Notes: a model not told the origin generated them from the sequence alone. A stretch of 64,000 nt of DNA from an uncultured Alphaproteobacteria bacterium (GCA_937912005.1 CALDOX010000001.1:85978-149977), one strand, 5' to 3'. Positions 22,072 through 31,853 are shown, numbered from the stretch's first letter. Translations and numbers: made by a program.

Positions 22072-22962
22072 ATGGTTGAAATGGCGGGCAGCGGCATTGA
22101 GCTAAAAGGTTTATCTTTAAAACGGGAAACGTTGGAACAATTTTTGTCTTTGACGGCGCGCGGCGTTATGAACGTTAAGGAACGCCTGAAGCAAAAGGAA
22201 AATAAGATTGTTCAGTCTGTTCCTGTTTTGAAAAAGCTGAGCGAAAAATGGCATGCTTTTGATTCCAAAATGGAAATGAAGCATGGGCAGGTTTATACTA
22301 AAATTCGCGACAGCGCCAAAAATATTGCCCGTACCGTTTTAGCAGCTAAAGCTTTCGGTTTGCCGGGGGTTGTCGGCATGTGCGCTTATAAAACATGCGA
22401 AAAGGCGATGTCTTTATTGGAACCGGCGCAAAGAGCAAAAGAAAACGGCGAAACGAACAGCGTTTTGGATTACCTGAAGGAAAATAAGGAAGAAAGCCGT
22501 TTTACAACGGTTTCCGGTGCTATCAGTATTTGCACGGCGGCTTGTGATGTGGCGGGAGCGCCTTTGGTTAAAGGGGCGTTTCGTGTCGGAAAAGCCTCAT
22601 GGTTAATTGCTCCGGAAGTTAAGCAGTTGGCTGAGACAACCGGTAAATGGCTGCGCGGCGAAGAATCTTTTGTTGAGGTTAAGCGTGATGCCGCTGTAAT
22701 GGGGATAACATTCGGCACATATTTTGTTTCCGGTGTTCCGATGACGCATGGATCGGGAAAACCGAAAGAAACGGATGAAGCTAAACTGGAAAAAGCTAGA
22801 CGGGCTGAAAGAGAAGATCCAAAGGCTGAAAAAATAAAAGTCGTTCTAAACAAAGGGCAGGAATATGCCAATCAGGTGCGTGATTTAATTAATAAAGGCA
22901 TCGGCAATCCTGGCGGAATGGTGACGCTTTATGATATAAAGAGTAAAAAAGGAGGCCGCTGA
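22072..22962 (+). CDS. Hypothetical protein, 296 aa, orphan
   Basis: ORF after an AT-rich promoter-like region. No motifs recognised. Confidence 0.4.
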   Translation: MVEMAGSGIELKGLSLKRETLEQFLSLTARGVMNVKERLKQKENKIVQSVPVLKKLSEKWHAFDSKMEMKHGQVYTKIRDSAKNIARTVLAAKAFGLPGVVGMCAYKTCEKAMSLLEPAQRAKENGETNSVLDYLKENKEESRFTTVSGAISICTAACDVAGAPLVKGAFRVGKASWLIAPEVKQLAETTGKWLRGEESFVEVKRDAAVMGITFGTYFVSGVPMTHGSGKPKETDEAKLEKARRAEREDPKAEKIKVVLNKGQEYANQVRDLINKGIGNPGGMVTLYDIKSKKGGR

Positions 22963-22978
22963 GCCTTCTTTTTTTATT
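22948..22978 (+). terminator. Putative rho-independent terminator overlapping the stop of the 22072 gene
   Basis: GGAGGC-CGCTGA-GCCTTC hairpin followed by T7. Confidence 0.45.
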
Positions 22979-23037
22979 TGTTTTCAGCAAATGATTTCTT
23001 ATACTGACAACAATTTTTTCAAACGCGGAGAACAAAT

Positions 23038-23748
23038 ATGGATTTTGCGGAAAAAACGGAACAGGAGCTGATAGCTGAATATGTGTCCGCTAAAGAATCA
23101 AACGATACACAGCAAATTGAAGCTTTGCAAAACGAAGCGCTTGCTCGTTTGACGGCTTACTTGGCAGGGGAACTTCCTGTTGCGGAAGACGAATCGCCGT
23201 TATTTTTCAGTTTTGTCAGAATTTTTTCCAAAACGGATAACGTTGATTTAAACCTGTCGGCCAAAAAGGCAGAGGCAAAAATTACACCGTTTTTGAAGGC
23301 ATTTGATAAAACAATCGGGCTTGACCGCTTGGCTGATTTGTCTGCTGAAAAAATCGAAAAAAACATTGCTGCTTTGGAAGATTTCGATACGATAGACCCG
23401 TTTGAAACTCAGGATGGCAAATCGCTTTATCCGCAGTTTGAAAATGCGCGGAAAGTGATTGACGCCGTTGTTTTGATGGATGATGATCTGCCAGTGGAAC
23501 AGCAGGAACAGGAATCCGAAACGTTTAAGGAAACAATTGTTGAAACGGCAAAACTGAAAGCGTATATGCGCTTGTGCGTTTATGGCGAAGAATTGACGCA
23601 AAAACTGTATTTGGATCAACTGCAGTTTGAAATCGAAAAAGCATTGGTCACGCTGTTTATGATGGAACAAACGACGGAATTGATTCAAGATCAAACCGAC
23701 ATTGAAGGCGTTCAAAAAGCCTTTGATAAGTTGGTGGAAGCCCTTTAA
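23038..23748 (+). CDS. Hypothetical acidic protein, 236 aa
   Basis: ORF with GGAG-like RBS. Followed by a strong terminator. Confidence 0.45.
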   Translation: MDFAEKTEQELIAEYVSAKESNDTQQIEALQNEALARLTAYLAGELPVAEDESPLFFSFVRIFSKTDNVDLNLSAKKAEAKITPFLKAFDKTIGLDRLADLSAEKIEKNIAALEDFDTIDPFETQDGKSLYPQFENARKVIDAVVLMDDDLPVEQQEQESETFKETIVETAKLKAYMRLCVYGEELTQKLYLDQLQFEIEKALVTLFMMEQTTELIQDQTDIEGVQKAFDKLVEAL

Positions 23749-23777
23749 AAAAAAGCCCCGTTTTCGGGGCTTTTTTG
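23749..23777. terminator. Bidirectional rho-independent terminator between the 23038 gene and htpG
   Basis: AAAAAAAGCCCCG-TTTT-CGGGGCTTTTTT. Confidence 0.8.
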
Positions 23778-23818
23778 TAAAGCGAAACCTACGCGCTTGG
23801 CGCATGGGTATCTATTGC

Positions 23819-25678
23819 TTAATTGACCGCGTTCATCATAAAGTCCGTTACGCGTTGTGAAAACGCCGCGGGGTCGTTGATCGGTTCGCCTTCGATGATT
23901 TTGGCCTGGTCGAACAACACCTGCACCAACGCTTTGTTCGTGTCGTCCGTATCGCCCGCCGCGACTTTCGCCGCCAGCTTTTTGATCAGCGGGTGGCGCG
24001 GGTTGATGTCGAAATAACGGTTGCTGACATACAAAGACGGCTGATTGTGCTGACGCATCAGGCGTTCCAGATGAATGGACGCTTCGCCGTCGCCGGTCGA
24101 AAGCGCGACGGGGCTTTTTGTCAGACGTTCCGTTGTGCGGACTTCCTTGACTTCGTCGCCGACGATTTCCTTCATAAATTTTTTCAAGGCTTCCAATTCC
24201 TTTTCATCGGCTTTTTCGATTTTATCGGATTGGTCGGTGATTAACAACGTTTCCAGTTCCTGCGCGCCGGCGTTGACGGATTTGATCGGCTTTTCCTTGT
24301 ATTGAGTCAGGTTCTGCGGCCAGAATTCGTCGATCGGATCGGTCAGCAGAAGTACTTCGATTCCGCGGGAAGCAAAGCCTTCCAGCTGTGGGTTGTTGCG
24401 CAAAACGCCCAGATTGTCGCCCGTGATGTAGTAAATGCTCTTCTGTCCATCTTTCATACGGGAAATGTAATCCGCCAACGTCGTCAAACCATCGCCGTTC
24501 GTCGAATAAAAACGGCACAGTTCGGCGATTTCCTCGCGGTTCGAGAAGTCTTCGAAAATGCCTTCTTTCAGCACGGCGCCGAAAGCGTCCCAGAATGTCA
24601 GATATTCTTTTTCGTTTTCACTGCGTTTTTTCAGTTCGTTTAAAATGCGGCGGACGACGCCCGTCTTGATCTTTGCCAGAACGGGGGTCTTTTGCAACAT
24701 TTCACGCGACACATTCAAAGGCAGTTCCTTCGTGTCGATGACGCCCTGCACGAAACGCAGGTAGTTCGGCAGCATATCGGGAACCTGGTCGGTGATGAAA
24801 ACGCGGTTGATATACAGCTTGATTTGCGCGTTGCGGTTGGGTTGGAAGATGTCGAACGGCGTTTTTGTCGGAATGTACATCAAAGCCGTGTATTCGATCG
24901 TGCCTTCTGCCTTGTAGTGCAGAATGTCCCACGGGTCGTCGAAAGCGTGCGAGATATGGCGGTAAAAGTCCTTGTATTGCGCTTCGGTGATGTCGGCTTT
25001 GTTGCGCGTCCACAAAGCGCTGGCCAGATTGATCGTTTCCGTTTCGCCCATATAGTGCATGATCACGGGGAAGGAAATGTGGTCGGAGAACTGCCGAACG
25101 ATGCGGCGGACTTCGGCGGCTTCGGCGTAGTTGTAAGAGGATTCTTTCAGATACAGCGTGATTTTCGTGCCGCGGGCGACGTCTTTTTCTTCCGTGATCG
25201 TGAAAGATCCTTTGCCGGTGGACGTCCACAGCCAGCCTTCTTCCTCTCCGGCTTTGCGGGAACGGACTTCAACCTTGTCGGCCACCATGAACGCCGAATA
25301 AAAACCGACGCCGAACTGCCCGATGATCGTCGCGTCTTTTTGTTTGTCGCCTGTCAGATTGTTCAGAAACTCGGCGGAACCGGAACGACCGATGGAGCCT
25401 AAATCCTTGATTAAGTCCTGCTTGTTCATTCCGATGCCGTTATCGGAAATCGTCAGGGTGTGCGCGTCCTTGTCGGGCGTGATGTGGATTTGGAATTCCC
25501 CGTCTCCTTTGGCGATGTCCGGTTTCATGATCGCGGCGTAGCGCAGCTTGTCGCACGCATCCGAAGCGTTCGACACCAATTCGCGCAGGAAAATGTCCGT
25601 ATCCGAATAAAGCGCGTTGACGACGATATCCAAAACCTTGCCGACTTCGGCTTGAAATTGCATTTTTTCTTCTGACAT
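23819..25678 (-). CDS. htpG: Molecular chaperone HtpG (Hsp90)
   Basis: N-terminal ATPase motifs (ELVSNASDA, GQFGVGFYS). 619 aa. Confidence 0.95.
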   Translation of the reverse strand: MSEEKMQFQAEVGKVLDIVVNALYSDTDIFLRELVSNASDACDKLRYAAIMKPDIAKGDGEFQIHITPDKDAHTLTISDNGIGMNKQDLIKDLGSIGRSGSAEFLNNLTGDKQKDATIIGQFGVGFYSAFMVADKVEVRSRKAGEEEGWLWTSTGKGSFTITEEKDVARGTKITLYLKESSYNYAEAAEVRRIVRQFSDHISFPVIMHYMGETETINLASALWTRNKADITEAQYKDFYRHISHAFDDPWDILHYKAEGTIEYTALMYIPTKTPFDIFQPNRNAQIKLYINRVFITDQVPDMLPNYLRFVQGVIDTKELPLNVSREMLQKTPVLAKIKTGVVRRILNELKKRSENEKEYLTFWDAFGAVLKEGIFEDFSNREEIAELCRFYSTNGDGLTTLADYISRMKDGQKSIYYITGDNLGVLRNNPQLEGFASRGIEVLLLTDPIDEFWPQNLTQYKEKPIKSVNAGAQELETLLITDQSDKIEKADEKELEALKKFMKEIVGDEVKEVRTTERLTKSPVALSTGDGEASIHLERLMRQHNQPSLYVSNRYFDINPRHPLIKKLAAKVAAGDTDDTNKALVQVLFDQAKIIEGEPINDPAAFSQRVTDFMMNAVN

Positions 25679-25755
25679 AGTATAACCTCCCGTAAACGAA
25701 GTTTTAGTTAGGTTCTTATACGTCGGATTTCAACCCTTTTAAAGAAAGATTTTTT

Positions 25756-28284
25756 ATGGCGGATTCTGTGATAACGGCGGTGCTGGGGCCCACAAACACG
25801 GGCAAGACGTATCTGGCGATCGAAAAGATGATGACGCATAAAACCGGCATGATCGGTTTCCCTTTGCGTCTGCTTGCCCGCGAGAATTACGATAAAATCG
25901 TCCGCCTTAAAGGGGCAAACAATGTTGCTCTGATTACGGGGGAGGAAAAAATCCTGCCCGAAAATCCGTCTTACTATGTCTGCACGGTCGAAGCGATGCC
26001 TTTGGAACAGCCGGTCGATTTTTTGGCTGTTGACGAAATTCAGATGGCGGCGGACGTTGAACGCGGCCATATCTTTACGGACAGACTGCTTTACGCCAGA
26101 GGGATGAGGGAAACGATGTTTCTCGGCGCGGAAACGATCAAGCCGCTGTTAAAGCAGCTGATTCCCGAAACCGTCATCGAAACGCGGCCGCGGTTTTCCA
26201 AACTGACCTATACGGGAATCAAGAAAATCACCCGCCTGCCGGCAAGGTCGGCGATCATCGGCTTTTCCGTGCAGGACGTTTACGCTCTGGCGGAACTGAT
26301 CCGGCGGCAAAAGGGCGGCGCGGCGGTCGTGATGGGGGCTTTGAGTCCGCGCACCCGAAACGCGCAGGTCGATATGTTCCAGTCGGGCGAAGTCGATTAT
26401 CTGGTCGCGACGGATGCGATCGGTATGGGATTGAATATGGACATCGGGCACGTTTGTTTTACGTCTTTAAGAAAATTCGACGGACGGAGGATGCGGGCGT
26501 TGTCGGCGGCTGAACTGGCGCAAATCGCGGGACGCGCGGGGCGGTATATGACGGACGGCACGTTCGGCGCGGCGGCGGAAGCCTCGGCGATGACGCAGGA
26601 CGTGATTGACAGAATCGAAGAACACCGTTTTGAAAACCTGCCGAATCTGTTCTGGCGCAATCACGATCTGAAAACGACGTCTTTGGACGCCCTTGTTTAC
26701 AGTCTGAACGTCCGACCGACGCAAGCGGGGTTGATTACGGCCAGAAAAGCCGAAGACCAGCAGGTTTTGGAAGTGCTGATGCAGGATTCGGGCATTGAAA
26801 AACTGGCGAATCACTCTTCCCGCGTAAAACTTTTATGGGACATCTGCCAGATTCCGGACTTTCGCAAAGTTTCCCCGCAGGCACACGCGAAACTGGCGGG
26901 ACAGCTGTTCCGTATGATACTGGACAAGGGGAAAATCGATCAGGATTGGTTTGCTAAACAAGTCAAAACGCTGGATAATACGAACGGCGATATCGATGTT
27001 GTTACGGGACGTATTGCAGGAATCAGAATTTGGACGTATATTGCCCAAAGAAAAGAATGGATCGACCGGTCGTCGCACTGGCGGGACATAACTAGGGCTG
27101 TCGAGGACAGGCTTTCGGACGCTTTGCACTTAAAGCTTTCCCAACGGTTCGTGGATAAACGCACATCTGTTTTGGTTAAGGGTATGAAAACACAAGTGGA
27201 TTTAGAAGCTCAAATCGGTGAAGACGGCACGGTTGCCGTCGAAGGACAAACAATCGGAAAACTGGAAGGGCTGCGCTTTATGCCTGATACCGGCAACGGC
27301 AGGTTTGCCGACCGCGTTCTGATAAATGCGGCGGACAAGGCTTTGCAGGCGGAATTTCAAACCAGAATCGCGGAAATCCTCAATCCCGAAAAGGACGATC
27401 TGACGTTGGAAAACGATGCGCGTATTTTGTGGAAAGGGCAGGCTTTGGGCAAAGTCGTCAAAGGGCGCGACATTCTGCACCCCGCTGTTTCCTTAACCGT
27501 TCAGGAAAATATTGACCAGTCTTATATTGATCAGCTGAAAACCCGCTTGAACGGTTGGTTGGAAGTTTACCTGAACAATAAAATCATGCCGTTGTTTAAA
27601 GCGTTGCGAACGATCGACGAGGAAGGCGCGTCCGGTTCCGTGCGCGGCATTCTGTACCAAGCGGCCGACCAGTTGGGAACGATCAGGCGCGAAAAAGTGC
27701 TGGAACTCGTCAAAGGCTTGAATGAAGCGGATAAAAAGATTCTGGCGAAAACCGGCGTGCGTATGGGGTATGAATATATTTTCTTCCCGATGCTGTTGAA
27801 ACCGGCGGCTCAGCGCGTTTGCGCCATTTTATGGAAGATCTGGAACGAAAAAACGCAATATGCGACCGGTTTTGCGATTGACGGTAAAATGTCCTTTGCC
27901 GTTGAAAAAGGAATCCCTTGGGCTTTATATCTGGTGCAAGGCTATGTTTTGGCCGGAACGCGGGCAATTCGCGTCGATGTAATGGAGAGATTTACATCAA
28001 AACTGCGCGAAATCACACGTCAGGACAAAGGAAAACCGCAAGTCCTGCCGTTGGAGCTGTTGTCGATTGCCGGACTGAAACGCGATGAAGCGGCGGAAGT
28101 ATTCGGTTTCTTGGGCTTTAATGTAACGAAGGAAACGCAAACCGTTACGGTCGGCGAAGAAACGAAGGAAACGGAAACGCTGATGATTCAGCCAAAATTC
28201 AAAAAGCACAAAAAAGCGCCGAAAGAAGAAAAGATTGACGAAACGTCTCCTTTTGCGGCGTTGGCTTCTTTGAAGAAGAAATAA
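25756..28284 (+). CDS. Suv3-like superfamily 2 RNA/DNA helicase with a long C-terminal extension
   Basis: Walker A GPTNTGKTY and a DEIQ box (Walker B), then a helicase C domain. The Suv3-type GPTNSGKT signature is conserved in alphaproteobacterial helicase-related proteins. Confidence 0.6.
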   Translation: MADSVITAVLGPTNTGKTYLAIEKMMTHKTGMIGFPLRLLARENYDKIVRLKGANNVALITGEEKILPENPSYYVCTVEAMPLEQPVDFLAVDEIQMAADVERGHIFTDRLLYARGMRETMFLGAETIKPLLKQLIPETVIETRPRFSKLTYTGIKKITRLPARSAIIGFSVQDVYALAELIRRQKGGAAVVMGALSPRTRNAQVDMFQSGEVDYLVATDAIGMGLNMDIGHVCFTSLRKFDGRRMRALSAAELAQIAGRAGRYMTDGTFGAAAEASAMTQDVIDRIEEHRFENLPNLFWRNHDLKTTSLDALVYSLNVRPTQAGLITARKAEDQQVLEVLMQDSGIEKLANHSSRVKLLWDICQIPDFRKVSPQAHAKLAGQLFRMILDKGKIDQDWFAKQVKTLDNTNGDIDVVTGRIAGIRIWTYIAQRKEWIDRSSHWRDITRAVEDRLSDALHLKLSQRFVDKRTSVLVKGMKTQVDLEAQIGEDGTVAVEGQTIGKLEGLRFMPDTGNGRFADRVLINAADKALQAEFQTRIAEILNPEKDDLTLENDARILWKGQALGKVVKGRDILHPAVSLTVQENIDQSYIDQLKTRLNGWLEVYLNNKIMPLFKALRTIDEEGASGSVRGILYQAADQLGTIRREKVLELVKGLNEADKKILAKTGVRMGYEYIFFPMLLKPAAQRVCAILWKIWNEKTQYATGFAIDGKMSFAVEKGIPWALYLVQGYVLAGTRAIRVDVMERFTSKLREITRQDKGKPQVLPLELLSIAGLKRDEAAEVFGFLGFNVTKETQTVTVGEETKETETLMIQPKFKKHKKAPKEEKIDETSPFAALASLKKK

Positions 28285-28658
28285 TGGGCGCGTCCCAAAG
28301 AATCGACAAATGGCTGTATTTCACGCGCTTTGCGAAAACGCGGATGGTGGCGCAGGAATTGATCGAAGGGGGACACGTTGCCGTCAACGATGAAAAAGTC
28401 CTGAAATGCAGTCGGGATATCAAAATCGGCGATGAATTGGAAATTTTGCGCGGTACGATGAAGTTTTTCGTCCGCGTAACGGGCTTTGTCGAAAAACGGG
28501 TCGGCGCGCCGGTCGCGAAAACGCTTTACGAGCAGACGAAAGAGCCGGAAAATTTGGCTCCGCCGCCGAAAAAAGCGTTCGAATACCGCGCCGCCGGCTC
28601 CGGCCGCCCGACCAAACGCGACAGACGGGCGTTAAACAGATTGAAGGGGAAGTTTTAA
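28284..28658 (+). CDS. hslR: S4-domain RNA-binding protein, ribosome-associated heat shock protein Hsp15-like
   Basis: S4 fold signature RIDKWLYFTRFAKTR...GHVAVN. TAATG overlap with the helicase gene. Confidence 0.7.
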   Translation: MGASQRIDKWLYFTRFAKTRMVAQELIEGGHVAVNDEKVLKCSRDIKIGDELEILRGTMKFFVRVTGFVEKRVGAPVAKTLYEQTKEPENLAPPPKKAFEYRAAGSGRPTKRDRRALNRLKGKF

Positions 28659-28662
28659 CCTT

Positions 28663-31248
28663 TCAAACTTTTTGCTCTTTGAGCCATAAAAGTAAGTTTT
28701 TTAACACAAGCTTTTGCTGTGCCGTAATGAATGATTTCATAAAGGAAAAATCAATTTCATTTGAAGCTGTAACAGGAAGATGCACTGTTAGTTTTGCCGC
28801 TGTTTTTCGATTAAATTTATTAGCGTAATCAAAACGTCCTGCCGCACTTTTTTTAAACAATGACACAAAATATAATAAAGATTTTTCACTCCATTTATCT
28901 GAATGAAGCGGATATAAACCTTGAACATGCGGATATCCTATAAAATCAGTTGGTTGATAAAAAATACCGTCTGATGTTGTTGTATCGCTGTATGTGATTA
29001 TATTCCCTTTTTCTGTCGGAGAAAGACTACTATAACCAATAACACCGTTGTTTAAACTTGAATTGGAAATGACGGGTGTTTTTCCGTACTCTTTAAATAA
29101 GTAAAAATTAGTTAGTTTATATGCTTTCGTAGGATGTATATTAAATAAATCGCCTATTTTAAATTCTTTGAATAATGGAGATTCTTTCTTAAAATCACTA
29201 TGTGCATCTTTATTATTTGATAGCTTTTCTGAAGTAGTTGTTTTAAGAAAGCTTTCAAATAATCCTTCTTCCTTTAAAATTGTTGATACTTTCCACGATA
29301 AATAATCCGCTACCGTTTTTCTGAAATCCGCTTCGGTTGGGATGGTATCGATTTTTTTATGTTGCGCATATGTCCAATCATTTCCGTTTAAGGTGATTGT
29401 GTCTTTAATGACACAGTTGTCAAAATAGTGCGTTGTTTGTTTACGGTTCAAAACGATATCGACGATTTCCCGATAACGGCCGCGGGCGTTGCCGGTATCT
29501 TTCAAATTAACGTCTGCGCTTGCTTTTTTCTTGTTTTGCCTTGTATAGCCGTCGTTTGAAAAATCAATAAAAGTGACCAAACCGTCAACATTATGCGGTT
29601 TTCCGACGTCAAAAACATAAATTGCCGTCTGAACCCCCGCTTTGCCGCAGAAAATATCGCTCATATGAATTGACGCGATAAGAGAGTTGTTTTTCAGAAT
29701 CTCTTTTGTGTATGGCAGACCGTTTCCGCTTCCCGCATTTTCCTGTATCAGAATCGCCGCTCGTCCGTGTGTCATTTTTCCTAACGCCTTTTCGACGAAG
29801 ACAAAACCTTTCCCGTCAGCGGAATAGGGAGGATTTAACAGGAATACATCGGCGGGAAACGGTTCGTCTTTTTTAGTCCCCTGTTCATATTTGCCGTTAA
29901 AATCTTTCAGAGAATCTTTGTGCAGAATATTGCACGAACCGTCTCCCATCAGAATCATGTTTAAAACCGCTAGCATATAAATATCGGCACGCACCTCAAC
30001 ACCCAGAAGTTGGAAATATTTAATGCACGCGATTTTTTCCTGTAGTTTTTGAGGACTGTTGATACTTTTTTCGGCATCGCCGATCATTTGCTTCATCGCT
30101 GAAATCAGAAAGCCTGCACTTCCCGTCGCATAATTCCAGACATAACTGTCTTTGTTGACTTGACACAATTTAGCCATCAATTCGCAAACATAACGCGGCG
30201 TTAAAACAACATCGTTTTTCTCGCCGTCCGGAATATCAACCCATTCGTTTAAAACGTTAAAAAGTCTGCCCGTAAAATCCAGATGACGCGCCGAAGTGAA
30301 AATCGGCATAATATCGTTTTTAATAACGGTATAGACTGTTTTGATCGCACTTTCCCCGTTTATCGGCATATAAATTCGGGAATAAATAAAAACCTGCGAT
30401 AAATCGGAAACAATCAAATCCTTTTTCTCTTTAGGAAGATTTTTTTCACTTAAAAAATCGGCAATTTTATTGATGACAAGCTTGCCATCATTGGAATAAT
30501 TTCCCGTTTCGCCTTTTAAATCCGTTATTTCCAACGGCGAAACCCGATTCTCAACCCCCAATGCAGCCATAATCAATCCCGCAACCAGTTGGACACGAGA
30601 ACCGACGGAGATTTTTAATTCATCATGCATTTTTTGGTTTAACGCCTTTAATTTGATTTCGATCTGATTTTCGAAATCTTTGGCACGGCTTTCTTTTTCC
30701 TCGTCCGTTAAAGAAAGCACATCAACTTTTTTGATAAAATTTTCAAAATTGTTTTGATTCAAAAAGCTCAAGCCACTGTAATCATCTACTTTTTTAGGAA
30801 TACAAAAGTTATCTGCGGAAACATAATAAACGCCTAATTCCGTTTTAATCCCGCCGGCATCTTCATATCCGTTAAAACCAATCGCGATGACTTCTTTATA
30901 GGATTGCGTGTGTTTTATAATCGCGTCTGCATAATGTAGGGCTCCATTGACAGCGTACTTTTGAATGTTTGAAGATTTGGAATTGTCGATTTCGCCTGTT
31001 TCGGTTGTTTTAATCAAATATCCTTGTTTCCCCTTAACTTCAATCATAACGGGAATTTTTCGATTTGTTTTTGTCGTCAAAAACAACTTGATATCAGGAT
31101 AATTATTTCCTTTTCCCCCGTTTTTGGACGGAGCCTTTTTTAAAGCCTCATCAATTTCGGGATTGATACTTTCTGTTTTTGTATAGGTTTTGCAGTCTTT
31201 CAGTTGCGCTTTGGCGATGTCTTCGATTTTTTCTTCAATGCTTTTCAT
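28663..31248 (-). CDS. Single-polypeptide Type IIG-like restriction-modification enzyme: N-terminal PD-(D/E)xK nuclease-like region, gamma-class N6-adenine DNA methyltransferase, C-terminal HsdS-like target recognition domain
   Basis: YPDIKLF...MIEVKGK (PD...ExK) near the N-terminus. AdoMet motif WNYATGSAGFL followed about 80 aa later by the catalytic NPPY. C-terminal FKIGDLF...GKTPVISNS... resembles an HsdS TRD. 861 aa and very AT-rich. Confidence 0.55.
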   Translation of the reverse strand: MKSIEEKIEDIAKAQLKDCKTYTKTESINPEIDEALKKAPSKNGGKGNNYPDIKLFLTTKTNRKIPVMIEVKGKQGYLIKTTETGEIDNSKSSNIQKYAVNGALHYADAIIKHTQSYKEVIAIGFNGYEDAGGIKTELGVYYVSADNFCIPKKVDDYSGLSFLNQNNFENFIKKVDVLSLTDEEKESRAKDFENQIEIKLKALNQKMHDELKISVGSRVQLVAGLIMAALGVENRVSPLEITDLKGETGNYSNDGKLVINKIADFLSEKNLPKEKKDLIVSDLSQVFIYSRIYMPINGESAIKTVYTVIKNDIMPIFTSARHLDFTGRLFNVLNEWVDIPDGEKNDVVLTPRYVCELMAKLCQVNKDSYVWNYATGSAGFLISAMKQMIGDAEKSINSPQKLQEKIACIKYFQLLGVEVRADIYMLAVLNMILMGDGSCNILHKDSLKDFNGKYEQGTKKDEPFPADVFLLNPPYSADGKGFVFVEKALGKMTHGRAAILIQENAGSGNGLPYTKEILKNNSLIASIHMSDIFCGKAGVQTAIYVFDVGKPHNVDGLVTFIDFSNDGYTRQNKKKASADVNLKDTGNARGRYREIVDIVLNRKQTTHYFDNCVIKDTITLNGNDWTYAQHKKIDTIPTEADFRKTVADYLSWKVSTILKEEGLFESFLKTTTSEKLSNNKDAHSDFKKESPLFKEFKIGDLFNIHPTKAYKLTNFYLFKEYGKTPVISNSSLNNGVIGYSSLSPTEKGNIITYSDTTTSDGIFYQPTDFIGYPHVQGLYPLHSDKWSEKSLLYFVSLFKKSAAGRFDYANKFNRKTAAKLTVHLPVTASNEIDFSFMKSFITAQQKLVLKNLLLWLKEQKV

Positions 31249-31260
31249 CAGTTTCTTTTC

Positions 31261-31500
31261 CCGGACTAAAAAAGTCGCCTGATGAAGGCGACCGGAAGTT
31301 GGAAACTACTCTAATGAAATAGTGCGACATATTGACATATACCAAAAACGCTGCGGATTAACTAGTATACCGCAGTGTTTTGCTTATGCTTATTCTGTCG
31401 CCTTCCGGTCGTTAAACCAGAAGGCGTGCAAAATTTTCGTCTTCGCACAAGACGCATCAGAGGGGTTTCCACACCCCGGAACATTCATCAGATGTTCCGA
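31261..31500. other. Hairpin-dense intergenic region with at least six perfect stem-loops in 240 bp. Candidate structured ncRNA or stacked terminators.
   Basis: Stems GTCGCC/GGCGAC, CTGCGG/CCGCAG, CGCCTTC/GAAGGCG, CGTCTT/AAGACG, GGGG/CCCC and GGAACAT/ATGTTCC, read directly from the sequence. Confidence 0.4.
31267..31292 (-). terminator. Rho-independent terminator on the minus strand, 19 nt upstream of the Type IIG start codon
   Basis: Minus-strand reading: GTCGCC-TTCATCA-GGCGAC followed by TTTTTT. Confidence 0.5.
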
Positions 31501-31547
31501 AAGAAAGTATAAAGAGAACTTGTTATTTAGTGGTTAATGGAAAAATT

Positions 31548-31853
31548 TTAACTTTTCGCGTTGTCTAAAAAGATAAGGTCTTTTTCGATCAGTTTGTAAA
31601 AGTCGGCATCAATCTTATGAAAATCGCAGAAATTAACGATATACGGCAAGCGGCTGTCATCGCATTTTTGTTTGATTTCTTCCAATGTTTCAAAGGGCAT
31701 AGGCTCTTTGCCGCAAATCAGGATATCCAGATCGGACGTTTTTTCAAATCCGCCTTTGACGCGGGAACCGTAGCAGGCAAATCGAAACTCCCGCTGATAC
31801 GGTTCAAAAATGTTTTTTAGAATATTCAGTTCATCCGAAGTGATGCCGATCAT
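31548..31853 (-). CDS. Minimal nucleotidyltransferase (MNT) antitoxin-like protein
   Basis: GSRVKGG...SDLDILI nucleotidyltransferase motif. ATGA overlap with the upstream HEPN gene. The ORF track extends further 5' in a frame overlapping HEPN. Confidence 0.65.
   Translation of the reverse strand: MIGITSDELNILKNIFEPYQREFRFACYGSRVKGGFEKTSDLDILICGKEPMPFETLEEIKQKCDDSRLPYIVNFCDFHKIDADFYKLIEKDLIFLDNAKS

Noticed and set aside
31274-31292. CUGAUGA sequence reminiscent of a hammerhead ribozyme core
   Set aside because: The CUGAUGA lies in the loop of a simple hairpin rather than between stems I and II. No GAAA or stem III arrangement is present.
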